DNA of 64,000 nt from Macrostomum lignano (Eukaryota), in assembly GCA_002269645.1 (NCBI GenBank), contig NIVC01001549.1, forward strand, positions 186,001 through 250,000. The letters are read 5' to 3'. Shown here one piece after another: positions 1 through 9,993 of this stretch (position 1 is its first letter; the number at the start of each line of letters is the position of its first letter). A model generated the notes under the pieces. That model had not been told where the DNA came from, ran no database searches, and worked only from the letters and a program-made list of their open reading frames with translations. The position numbers and the translations under genes were made by a program.

Positions 1-2
1 CA

Positions 3-419
3 TTAATTGAAAGATTTAATCGAACTTTAGGTAAGAAATTGTGGTTTCAGTTTAGTCTTAATGGAAATCAAAAGTGGGTAAAAATATTACCAGACGTCGT
101 GAAAGATTATAATAATTCATATCATTCGGCTATAAAGATGACTCCTCAACAAGCTTATAACAATCCTGAAAACGTTAAAGTTACTTTTGGAGAATTTGAA
201 AAAAATAAAAAGAAATCTTTTAAGGTTGGTGATTCTGTTTATATCTATAAATGGAAAGATAAGTTTGAAAAAGGAAGAAAAGGATATTGGAAAATAAGTG
301 AGAAATTTACTATCAGTAAAGTTTTAAATACCAATCCTACAACCTATATAATTGCTGATAAGGATGGTGAAGAAATATTGGGTTCGTTTTATGAGAACCA
401 ACTAATATCAGCGAACTAA
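3..419 (+). CDS. Polinton/Maverick retroviral-like (DDE) integrase, C-terminal part, 5'-truncated by the window edge
   Basis: The frame is open from base 3: LIERFNRTLGKK (catalytic Glu motif), YNNSYHSAIKMTP, FKVGDSVYI, FEKG, TYIIADKDGEEILGSFYENQL. These are the characteristic Polinton integrase C-terminal motifs. Confidence 0.85.
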   Translation, partial: LIERFNRTLGKKLWFQFSLNGNQKWVKILPDVVKDYNNSYHSAIKMTPQQAYNNPENVKVTFGEFEKNKKKSFKVGDSVYIYKWKDKFEKGRKGYWKISEKFTISKVLNTNPTTYIIADKDGEEILGSFYENQLISAN

Positions 420-498
420 GTTCGAACAATTACTTGAGACAACATGGTAGTAAATTTTTTATAACAAACAAAAACAATATTATTACTATTATTGTTAC

Positions 499-1313
<815 letters not shown>

Positions 1314-1316
1314 AAT

Positions 1317-1334
1317 TGGCGCCCAATGTGGGGC
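1317..1334 (+). promoter_or_regulatory. Primer-binding site, tRNA-Lys type
   Basis: TGGCGCCCAATGTGGGGC lies 3 nt after the LTR. It has one mismatch to the tRNA-Lys1,2 PBS TGGCGCCCAACGTGGGGC. Confidence 0.9.
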
Positions 1335-1496
1335 CTGCTGTGCCTGTGAGTTGTGAAGGCGAGTGTCTGTTGCATTGTTTATTGTTTATGGTGTTGACCG
1401 ATCGTCTGGGGGTTATCGTTTTGCTGGCTGAAGCGAACTTGGAGCCGAACTTCTCAATCGTGCATCGGAACGTTCCGCACTGCTGTACTGTGACTC

Positions 1497-2459
1497 ATGG
1501 CGGGTATCGATGACCTGATTGGTGCGCTGACGGACAGGCTGCGCGAGAATTTCAACCATGGGCCCCCAAGAGTTGCGAAACCGATGAAGTACGTGACTGG
1601 AATGAATTTCCGCCTGTGGTTGAGGAGTTTCAACGAATTTTGTGAGGCTACTGGGATTGAAGAAGCGGATCGAAGGCCACATCTGATGAGTCTGCTGGAT
1701 CTCAACACAGCTTATCTCGCGGTGGACAACCTTAATCTGGCGGATGATCTGGAGTATGAGGAGTTTACTGAGCATCTGCTGAACAGGTTCACGCAGCATC
1801 GGACTCCGCAGGACTTCAGATTGGAGCTGGCTGGACGGGACCAAGACCAGAAGGAGTCGATGGAGGCCTACGGTGACGCCCTGCTCGAGATAATCCGGAA
1901 CGCCTATCCGACGATTGATCAGGACGCGAGATCGGAGCTGGCCAAGGACCGATTCATGAAAGGTGTGCGAGTAGCCGAGCCAGTCCGAGAGAAGTTGTTT
2001 CTTAGCCAGCCGGAGAGTCTGGCTGCTGCGATCAGGAGTGCCCGTCAGCTGGACGCTGCAATTCGAGCGGCTCACGTCGGGCAGCCGGGCCGAGGCAAGA
2101 CGGCGGCGTTCAACGCTGTAGGTGCAGCCGGGGAGGCAAATCAAGAGGACGTCGGCGCCCTGCGGGCCAGGATCGAGGAGCTGGAACGGCAGCTACGGCA
2201 GAGTCAGGCGTCAGGATCTGGCGGAGGGAAAAGTTCTCAGAGACCACCGCCAGCGAATCAACAGAGCGATGTGGAGTGTTGGAATTGCCACGAGAAGGGG
2301 CACATGGCGAACCGCTGTCCGAAGAAAGCCGGAGGTCAGCACCAAGGAGCTCAAGCGGGACGCGGCATTCGGTGTCACCGGTGTGGCAAACTTGGTCACG
2401 TGGCTGCCAAGTGTCGATCGGAGGGAAATGGAGAGCGGGGCCCGCAGTGGGGGAAGTGA
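1497..2459 (+). CDS. gag: Gag polyprotein (320 aa) with two CCHC zinc knuckles
   Basis: CWNCHEKGHMANRC and CHRCGKLGHVAAKC. Capsid-like region QDQKESMEAY...DRFMKGV. First ORF after the PBS. Confidence 0.93.
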   Translation: MAGIDDLIGALTDRLRENFNHGPPRVAKPMKYVTGMNFRLWLRSFNEFCEATGIEEADRRPHLMSLLDLNTAYLAVDNLNLADDLEYEEFTEHLLNRFTQHRTPQDFRLELAGRDQDQKESMEAYGDALLEIIRNAYPTIDQDARSELAKDRFMKGVRVAEPVREKLFLSQPESLAAAIRSARQLDAAIRAAHVGQPGRGKTAAFNAVGAAGEANQEDVGALRARIEELERQLRQSQASGSGGGKSSQRPPPANQQSDVECWNCHEKGHMANRCPKKAGGQHQGAQAGRGIRCHRCGKLGHVAAKCRSEGNGERGPQWGK

Positions 2460-5400
2460 GCCCCGGAGGTCAGAAACGCCCCCAAATGGAGCCGTCGAGG
2501 AGAAGGGATCAAGCGTCATTCAACTCGTCATCAATCGTCCTACCTGTTGCGTCATCGACCATCTCACCTGTTGTGTCATCAATCGTCCCACCTATTGCGT
2601 CATCAATCGTCCCATCTGTTGCGTCATCAATCGTCTCACCTGTTGCGTCATCAACCATCTCACCTGTTGTGTCATCAATCGTCCCACCTATTGCGTCATC
2701 AATCGTCCCATCTGTTGCGTCATCAATCGTCTCACCTGTTGCGTCATCAACCGTCCCACCTGCTGCTTCATCAACGTTCGCACCGGCTGCGACATCACAA
2801 ACTAGAGCATCTAGCACCATCCGGAATCCGAGTATTTCACAGGCCACCATCAACATCGTCCCGACGTCAGTCTATGTGAGTATAAGGATTGCCAAAGATA
2901 ACCCCGTGTCAGCGCTGTTGGACTCGGGAGCCTCGTGTACCATTATGTCGGAGGCGATGTTCTCGCGGTTGCGGTACAAACCAGAGCTCTTCCGGGGGTC
3001 ATTCGCCAAAGTCACGACTGCAAATGGCAGTCCCATTCAAGTTATTGGTGTCACCACGTTGGACTTAGAAATTGATGAGAGCGTGCCGATCGACGTGCTG
3101 GTGGTGTCAGGAATTGGTTACGACCTCGTGTTGGGTTCGGACTTTCTGCAACGGCATGGCTGTCAAATCGATTACGCCAGAGCAGAGCTGCGACTCAGGA
3201 ATGTAGTGCTTCCGATCCGGTTCCAACGGGAGCGACCAGTCGTGTGCCGGATTCGCCTGAATGAGACAGCAACGGTTAAGCCAGGCCACGAGGCGGTTCT
3301 GCTCGGCCGACTGGATAAGCGAAGAGGTCGAAATGTCCGAGTAGCAGGAATGATGGACCCGTTAAAGCACCCTAAGGGAACTGGAGTGGTTGCCGCGAGA
3401 GCGCTTGTGACACCGGATGAGAACGGAAAGATTGTGGTTCGTGTCTGCAACCTATCTGAGCAACCGGTGCGGCTGCGGCGAGGAGAGGCAGTTGGCTGGT
3501 ATCGACCGCTGGAACTGGAAGAGCAGCCAAGGATCGCGGTGTTGCAGAGTGATTCAGAGGAACGTCCCAGCAAGACATTTAAGGCCGAGGAACGCAAAGA
3601 CGACAAGGTTTGGGAGAAGCTTGGCCAGTGGGGCGACGGAATGGCGACTGAGAGGCAGCACCAGCGGTTTAAGAACTTAGTCGACGCGTACGGTGATCTT
3701 TTCGCGACGGACTCAGCACAGTTGGGTGTGACACCCTTGGTGGAGCACCAGATCGACACTGGAGAGGCCAAGCCGGTCAACATCCCGCCGCGGAGACTGC
3801 CCCCGCACCTTAGGCAAGAAGTGCATGCTCTCGTGGATGAACTTGAGGAGCAAGGACGCATTGAGTCAGCACAGTCTCCTTGGAACGCGCCAATCGTTTG
3901 TGTACGCAAGAAGGATGGCAGTTTACGGATGTGTGTAGACTACCGTGGTTTGAATAAAGTAACGACGAGAGATGCTATTCCGTTGCCGAGGATGGACGAT
4001 GCATTGGACGAACTGGCGGGAGCAAGAGTGTTCAGCTCGATGGACCTCCACAGCGGCTACTGGCAGGTGAAAGTAAGACCGGAGGATCAACTCAAGACGG
4101 CCTTCTCGGTGCCTCTGAAGGGTCAGTACGTGTGGAAAGTGATGCCGTTCGGACTCGTCGATAGCCCTGCAACTTTCACGCGACTGATGGCTCTGGCAAT
4201 GCGCGACGTGGCCTGGAAGACGTGCTTAATCTACCTGGACGATATCCTGGTGTGGTCCAAGACGGTTGACGAGCATCTGGAAAGGTTAGAAGAGGTGTTC
4301 ATACGGCTGCGGAAGGCTGGAGTTAAGTTGAAGCCGGAGAAGTGTCATTTTCTGATGAAGAAGGTAACGTTCCTGGGCCATCAAGTGTCGGAGGCGGGAG
4401 TGGAGACGGAGAGTGAGAAGGTCGAAGTGATCAGAAACTGGCCCCAACCGAAGAACACCAGAGACGTGCAATCGTTCATAGGATTGTGCAGCTATTACCG
4501 CCGTTTTATTAAAAACTTCTCGAGTGTTGCCGAGCCGCTGCTCAGGTTGACTCGCAAAGGTGTCGAGTTTGAGTGGGGACCGGACGAAGAGCGATCGTTT
4601 CGGGACTTGAAAGCGCGGCTGACGAGTACAGACGTGATGGCGTTTCCGGATTTTGGACCCGAGGCTGGCGAGTTCATTCTCGACACGGATGCGAGCTCAT
4701 CTATTGGCGTTGGCGCCGTGTTGTCTCAGAAGCAAGTGGACGGTAGTGAGAAGGTTATTGCGTATGGCTCAAGATCGTTGTCATCGGCAGAGCGGAACTA
4801 TTGCACGACGAGAGTAGAACTGCTGGCGGTGGTGACGTTCATGGTCAAGTATCGGTACTACCTGGCGGGAAGAAGATTCTGCTTGCGAACTGATCACAAC
4901 AACTTGAAGTGGATTCACAATCTGAAGGATCCGGAAGGTCAGTGTGCTAGGTGGCTGGAGAAGCTGGCAGAATTCGATTACTACGTGGTGCATCGCAGCG
5001 GGCTCTGTCATGGAAATGCGGATTCGTTGTCAAGGCGGCAGACCCGGCGACATGCAGGCTTCTTGGAATGTCCGTCCTGCTCAGATGTTGCACCAGTGAT
5101 CTCAAATGGTGTGAGTGCGCTGAACGTGGCTGACGAGCGACATGAACTGGTAAAAGCTCAGGACGAGGAAGACCAGATTCGATGGATGAAGGAGCTGGTC
5201 AGCGGAAATGAGAGCGTGAGCGAAAAGCTGAGATTGACCCCAGGGGGCAAAGCGCTCATGGCGCAGTGCGAGCTGCTCAAGGTGGACGGCGGGATATTGG
5301 TGCGGAGGTGGAAAGGCACGGACCAGATTGTGCTACCACAGTGTCTGCTGCAGAGGATTGTGATAGACTGTCATAGCGGCGTGGCGGGCGGCCATTTCGG

Positions 5401-6727
5401 CCTGCAGAAGACAAAGCGAAAGGTCCTTGCACGGTTCTGGAGACCCGGGATCAGCCGCGAGATCGCTGAGTGCGTAAGGAGCTGCGAAGTCTGCGGCCGC
5501 TCGAAGTTGGCGAAGAAGGCTAGAGCTCCACTGGAGCCGATTCGAACGGGCGAACCTTTTGAGAGAGTGATGGTGGACATTGTCGGGCCGTTGCCAAGGA
5601 TTGCCAGAGGTCATCAGTACATCTTAACGCTGCAGGATGCGTTCACTAAATGGCCGGTAGCGATCCCGATCCGTAACCAACGAGCATCAACAGTGGCGCG
5701 CGCCATATTTGGGCACTGGATTAGTATCTACGGTTGCCCGAGTTCGATTCACAGTGACCAAGGGCGGAACTTCGAGTCTCGAGTAATGCAAGAGCTGTGC
5801 ACGCTGCTGAAAATCCAGAAAACCAGAACCACGGCCTACCACCCAAGTGGAAATGGGCAGGTGGAGAAGTTCAATCAGACGTTGAAGTCAGTACTGCGGA
5901 GCTACATCGCTGAGGGAGCAGAGTCAAACAAATGGGATGAACTAATCGACTCAGCCTTGATGGCGTACCGTTCAAGTGTGCATCGCGGCACTGGCTACAC
6001 ACCGTACTTCCTCCTGCACGGCCAAGAGATGCGATTACCACTGGATGTAGCTTACAAAACACCACAAGAGCCGCTGGACGAGTCAACGTACGTGGCCGGC
6101 TTGAGAAAGCACCTCCATCAAGCACATGAAGCAGTGCGACAAGCGACCGGCACATACCAGAAGTTGCAGAAGGACTATTACGACAAGAAAGTACGGGGAT
6201 CCGCGCACCAACCAGGGGACCGAGTTTTTGTTTTCGTGCCAGCCAAGCCTGGGGAGGTGCCGAACAAGTTCCGGGTTGATTGGAAGGGACCAGTGGAAGT
6301 GGTGCGGAAGATTTCTGAGACCGTGTACGAAGTTCAGAATCCGGCTAATCCAAGGAAGACCAAAAGAGTACATTTCAACAACCTGTCGCCTTTCAAAAAG
6401 TCGAAGTCAGCGACGAACGAAGCGAGACAGGAGGAAGGAGGTGCGGTGACAGAGGACGCGCAGAGCCAAGAAGATGAAGAGGAAGAAGCTGAGCAGGTAG
6501 GCCGACGTGGTCGACCACCACCAGCGGAGGTTGAGCCAGGGCTGGAGAACGAGGTCGATGGCAGCGTGAGAAGCTCGGAGTCGCCGCAAAGTGGCCTGCC
6601 GGAAGAATGGGAAGGACTAGATCCACCAGAAGAATGGGAAGGACCAGAAGCGCCCGCAGCGGAGACCTTCACCACCAGGAGATATCCGACTCGGCTCAGG
6701 CGACCGCCAGATCGGCTAAGGTTCTGA
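2423..6727 (+). CDS. pol: Pol polyprotein (PR-RT-RNaseH-IN) in the -1 frame relative to gag; the start given is the predicted frameshift site
   Basis: Protease LLDSGAS. RT YWQV, MPFGL and YLDD. RNase H DAS...E...DH. Integrase HHCC (H..GGH..CEVC) and DDE (DIVG, DQGRNFE, VEKFN). GPY/F-like WKGPVEV. No internal stops. Confidence 0.96.
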   Translation, partial: GKWRAGPAVGEVSPGGQKRPQMEPSRRRDQASFNSSSIVLPVASSTISPVVSSIVPPIASSIVPSVASSIVSPVASSTISPVVSSIVPPIASSIVPSVASSIVSPVASSTVPPAASSTFAPAATSQTRASSTIRNPSISQATINIVPTSVYVSIRIAKDNPVSALLDSGASCTIMSEAMFSRLRYKPELFRGSFAKVTTANGSPIQVIGVTTLDLEIDESVPIDVLVVSGIGYDLVLGSDFLQRHGCQIDYARAELRLRNVVLPIRFQRERPVVCRIRLNETATVKPGHEAVLLGRLDKRRGRNVRVAGMMDPLKHPKGTGVVAARALVTPDENGKIVVRVCNLSEQPVRLRRGEAVGWYRPLELEEQPRIAVLQSDSEERPSKTFKAEERKDDKVWEKLGQWGDGMATERQHQRFKNLVDAYGDLFATDSAQLGVTPLVEHQIDTGEAKPVNIPPRRLPPHLRQEVHALVDELEEQGRIESAQSPWNAPIVCVRKKDGSLRMCVDYRGLNKVTTRDAIPLPRMDDALDELAGARVFSSMDLHSGYWQVKVRPEDQLKTAFSVPLKGQYVWKVMPFGLVDSPATFTRLMALAMRDVAWKTCLIYLDDILVWSKTVDEHLERLEEVFIRLRKAGVKLKPEKCHFLMKKVTFLGHQVSEAGVETESEKVEVIRNWPQPKNTRDVQSFIGLCSYYRRFIKNFSSVAEPLLRLTRKGVEFEWGPDEERSFRDLKARLTSTDVMAFPDFGPEAGEFILDTDASSSIGVGAVLSQKQVDGSEKVIAYGSRSLSSAERNYCTTRVELLAVVTFMVKYRYYLAGRRFCLRTDHNNLKWIHNLKDPEGQCARWLEKLAEFDYYVVHRSGLCHGNADSLSRRQTRRHAGFLECPSCSDVAPVISNGVSALNVADERHELVKAQDEEDQIRWMKELVSGNESVSEKLRLTPGGKALMAQCELLKVDGGILVRRWKGTDQIVLPQCLLQRIVIDCHSGVAGGHFGLQKTKRKVLARFWRPGISREIAECVRSCEVCGRSKLAKKARAPLEPIRTGEPFERVMVDIVGPLPRIARGHQYILTLQDAFTKWPVAIPIRNQRASTVARAIFGHWISIYGCPSSIHSDQGRNFESRVMQELCTLLKIQKTRTTAYHPSGNGQVEKFNQTLKSVLRSYIAEGAESNKWDELIDSALMAYRSSVHRGTGYTPYFLLHGQEMRLPLDVAYKTPQEPLDESTYVAGLRKHLHQAHEAVRQATGTYQKLQKDYYDKKVRGSAHQPGDRVFVFVPAKPGEVPNKFRVDWKGPVEVVRKISETVYEVQNPANPRKTKRVHFNNLSPFKKSKSATNEARQEEGGAVTEDAQSQEDEEEEAEQVGRRGRPPPAEVEPGLENEVDGSVRSSESPQSGLPEEWEGLDPPEEWEGPEAPAAETFTTRRYPTRLRRPPDRLRF
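2518..2800 (+). repeat. 24-bp coding minisatellite (about 11 units) in the pol N-terminal spacer
   Basis: Units like GCGTCATCAATCGTCCCACCTATT encode ASSIVPSV-type Ser-rich octapeptides in the pol frame. Confidence 0.9.
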
Positions 6728-6847
6728 GCGGGTTGGGGATTGTCGGCGGGTTAGGTGGTTGGAGCGGGTGGATGAGTCGGCAGGCACACGGACCAGGTTT
6801 AGTAGCGGAGAAATGAGAGTTTAACGGCTAGAAACGGCACTCCGTAG

Positions 6848-7660
6848 ATGTCCTTGTACGACGAACTGGAGATCGACCAGTGGGTGGAGGCAACTGCAGT
6901 CAAGAGAGCCTATCGGCGGCTAGCCCTGAAGTATCACCCGGACAAGCACCCGGACCGAGCATTCGCAGAAGAGAAATGCAAAGCCCTCAACGTCGCGTAT
7001 GAAATTCTCGGTTGCCCATTTCGGCGGTGGCTGTACGACCTGTTCGGTGAGGAGTCCGTGTCTTTCAGTGGTGCGGTGGAGTTGGCTAGACAGGTTCAGC
7101 CCCCGCCAGGCATTCCCGTGCCAGAGGACATCCTGGAAGCAATCAGGCTGGAAGATGAGGACATGCCGAGCGAGGACGAGCAGTCGGATGCAGACGCCTG
7201 CGTTGGAGACGACGAACCCGTGGAAACCGACAGTGAGTCTGCCGTCAGCGACGGTAATCGGCCGCCCGACTGGGAGGCAGAGGAGCAGGGTTTTCGTCAG
7301 TCATTTGAGCGAAGCTATGCGCCAGACAGCGGCTATTGCATCATTATCAGTGACGACGAAACAGACCAGATCGGAGAGATGGAAACAGACGGGGAGGACC
7401 TGACGGATGTCGAGGGTTGGAAGCTGGTACCGGTAGGGGCGACGACAGTCGAGATGGAGGAGCTACCGTTACCGAGCACAACGAGATTTGTGGAGCTGCG
7501 CCGGAGTCTGAGAACGGCACTGCTGAAGGGCGAGGAGGAAGAGATCGTGAACGTGTTTGAGGAGCTGGCTGACCTGTTTAGGGTGCGGCGAGAAGAGCCG
7601 AGTCGTTATCTGACGGCGGTGACACTTCAAGTGCTTAAATTTCTGCGCCGGGACATTTAA
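6848..7660 (+). CDS. Retrotransposon-borne J-domain (DnaJ/Hsp40-like) protein, 270 aa, with an acidic middle and a predicted helical C-terminus
   Basis: MSLYDELEI...VKRAYRRLALKYHPDKHP...AEEKCKALNVAYEILG..RRWLYD is a textbook J-domain with an intact HPD. It lies between the pol stop and the PPT, inside both LTRs. Confidence 0.93.
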   Translation: MSLYDELEIDQWVEATAVKRAYRRLALKYHPDKHPDRAFAEEKCKALNVAYEILGCPFRRWLYDLFGEESVSFSGAVELARQVQPPPGIPVPEDILEAIRLEDEDMPSEDEQSDADACVGDDEPVETDSESAVSDGNRPPDWEAEEQGFRQSFERSYAPDSGYCIIISDDETDQIGEMETDGEDLTDVEGWKLVPVGATTVEMEELPLPSTTRFVELRRSLRTALLKGEEEEIVNVFEELADLFRVRREEPSRYLTAVTLQVLKFLRRDI

Positions 7661-8300
7661 GTGACGTGGTCCAAGGGACGCGGTCGTCGGAGCGGTTGGA
7701 AACGCGAATGTTTAAAGCGAGCAGCGCGAGTGATGCGGAAGGTGGTGATCCCTCGGTTCGAGCTGCTAGGTGCGGGTCAGGTCCAGGCGCTGCTGCGCTG
7801 GTGTGCTCGTGTGGTGGCGTGCGAGTGCTAGTGGGGTGCGAGTGTGGGTGTGCTGGCGGGGTGGCAGGCAGGTGCCCTTGAGGGTTGTCAGTTGTGTTGG
7901 CTCGCGTTCTCGGAAAGGGGTGCTGTTTCGGGTCGTTGGGTAGGGGGGCAACCGAGGTGATAGGGACAAGGCGGTGGCCGGTTCCGGAGCGGAGCGAGGA
8001 CGGACCCGAGGCCAGGGCGGACGCCCACGCTGCACCCGGGCCCGGGGACAGGGCCACCGTTGCGGACGAAGTTGTGCTCGGACACCACCAAGGGAGGCGA
8101 TTGGACCCTGCCTGAAGTGACCGTTCTATTTGTTCTATAGTTATCGTTCTATAGCTATCTATTTGTAATTCATCGTCTCATCACTTGATTTTTGGGGCCA
8201 TGCCTAGTGTCATGTTTTTTGTTCTTTAGCATTATCTTTTGTGGTGGTGGGTAATTACGGTACTACGCGTTAATTTGCGAATCGTTGGGTTTCTTTTTTT

Positions 8301-8311
8301 GGAGGGCGGGG
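8301..8311 (+). promoter_or_regulatory. Polypurine tract
   Basis: GGAGGGCGGGG is preceded by a T-run and directly abuts the 3' LTR TG at 8312. Confidence 0.85.
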
Positions 8312-9124
<813 letters not shown>

Positions 9125-9317
9125 TTACTAATATAATTATTGACATTTGTTCAACAGTGATTAGACTTAAATTTTCATTAAGTTCATTAATTGGCACATT
9201 TCCGATGTAGGAGTAATCGTGCAAAGCACGCGAACCATGGGTTCGATTTACCTTCATTTTTTTATATATATTTTTCACAATAAATGTCGTTTCTGTTATA
9301 GAGTAATAGTTCATTTT

Positions 9318-9632
9318 TTACATAAAAATTTCAATTTCATTCTCAGAATCACTAGTTTCATATGAGCTATTTGTTGAGTTGGAATCATCTGAACGAACCT
9401 CCCAATCATCCGAATTTAAATAATCTCCAAGTTGAAATATTAACTCACCCTCTTGTTCTAAATCATACATCCCATCCAACTCTAATGGATAAAGTTTTAG
9501 GTCGTGCTTGTCGTCATACTTTAAATAAACTTCATCAATTATTCCATTCAAAATATGTTGTTTTATTATCTCTGCATTTTTAGCAACAGTCTCAAAAGTA
9601 TCACTAACAGAAAAGGTGTAAACTCGGGTCAT
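9318..9632 (-). CDS. Polinton acidic hypothetical protein (104 aa)
   Basis: AAAAATG start context and D/E/S-rich C-terminus. Its stop is 3 nt upstream of the next ATG (TAA AAA ATG), which is virus-like packing. Confidence 0.6.
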   Translation of the reverse strand: MTRVYTFSVSDTFETVAKNAEIIKQHILNGIIDEVYLKYDDKHDLKLYPLELDGMYDLEQEGELIFQLGDYLNSDDWEVRSDDSNSTNSSYETSDSENEIEIFM

Positions 9633-9728
9633 TTTTAGTAACAGAAAAAGACCCTTCGCGCCTGCGGCGCGTGCGAGGGGTTATAGAGAATTGGAAGTGT
9701 TAGAAGTGTTGGGGAGTGTTGGATGTGT

Positions 9729-9993
9729 AGTAGTAGGTAAAAAGACGAGTACAGATCAGACCTTTTTTAATGGCCGTTTATAAGGTTCCAGAGGGGGGAC
9801 ACGAGGGGTGTGTTGGAGGTGATTTTTATTGATTTTTGGTATTAAGGGGTGTTGTGGGTGATTAGATGTGTTATGGGTGTTTAGATGTGTTTAGATGTGT
9901 TTTTTTATTTCCCCCCCGTGTCCCCCCTCTAGACCCTTAAAACGGCTGTTAAAAAAGTGCTCTGGGTCTGTACTCGTCTTTTTACCTACTACT
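9729..9993. repeat. Terminal inverted-repeat (fold-back) structure of the Polinton end
   Basis: 9729-9803 and 9917-9993 are imperfect inverted repeats. The first 27 nt (AGTAGTAGGTAAAAAGACGAGTACAGA) match perfectly. Confidence 0.85.

Noticed and set aside
6848-7660. ORF3 as an envelope gene or a polyomavirus T-antigen-like protein
   Set aside because: It has no signal peptide, furin site or TM helix, and no LxCxE motif or helicase domain.
7661-8119. Readthrough extension or fourth ORF downstream of the J-protein
   Set aside because: The open stretches lack an ATG and recognisable motifs, the stop context (TAA GTG) is not leaky, and GC-rich DNA is naturally stop-poor.
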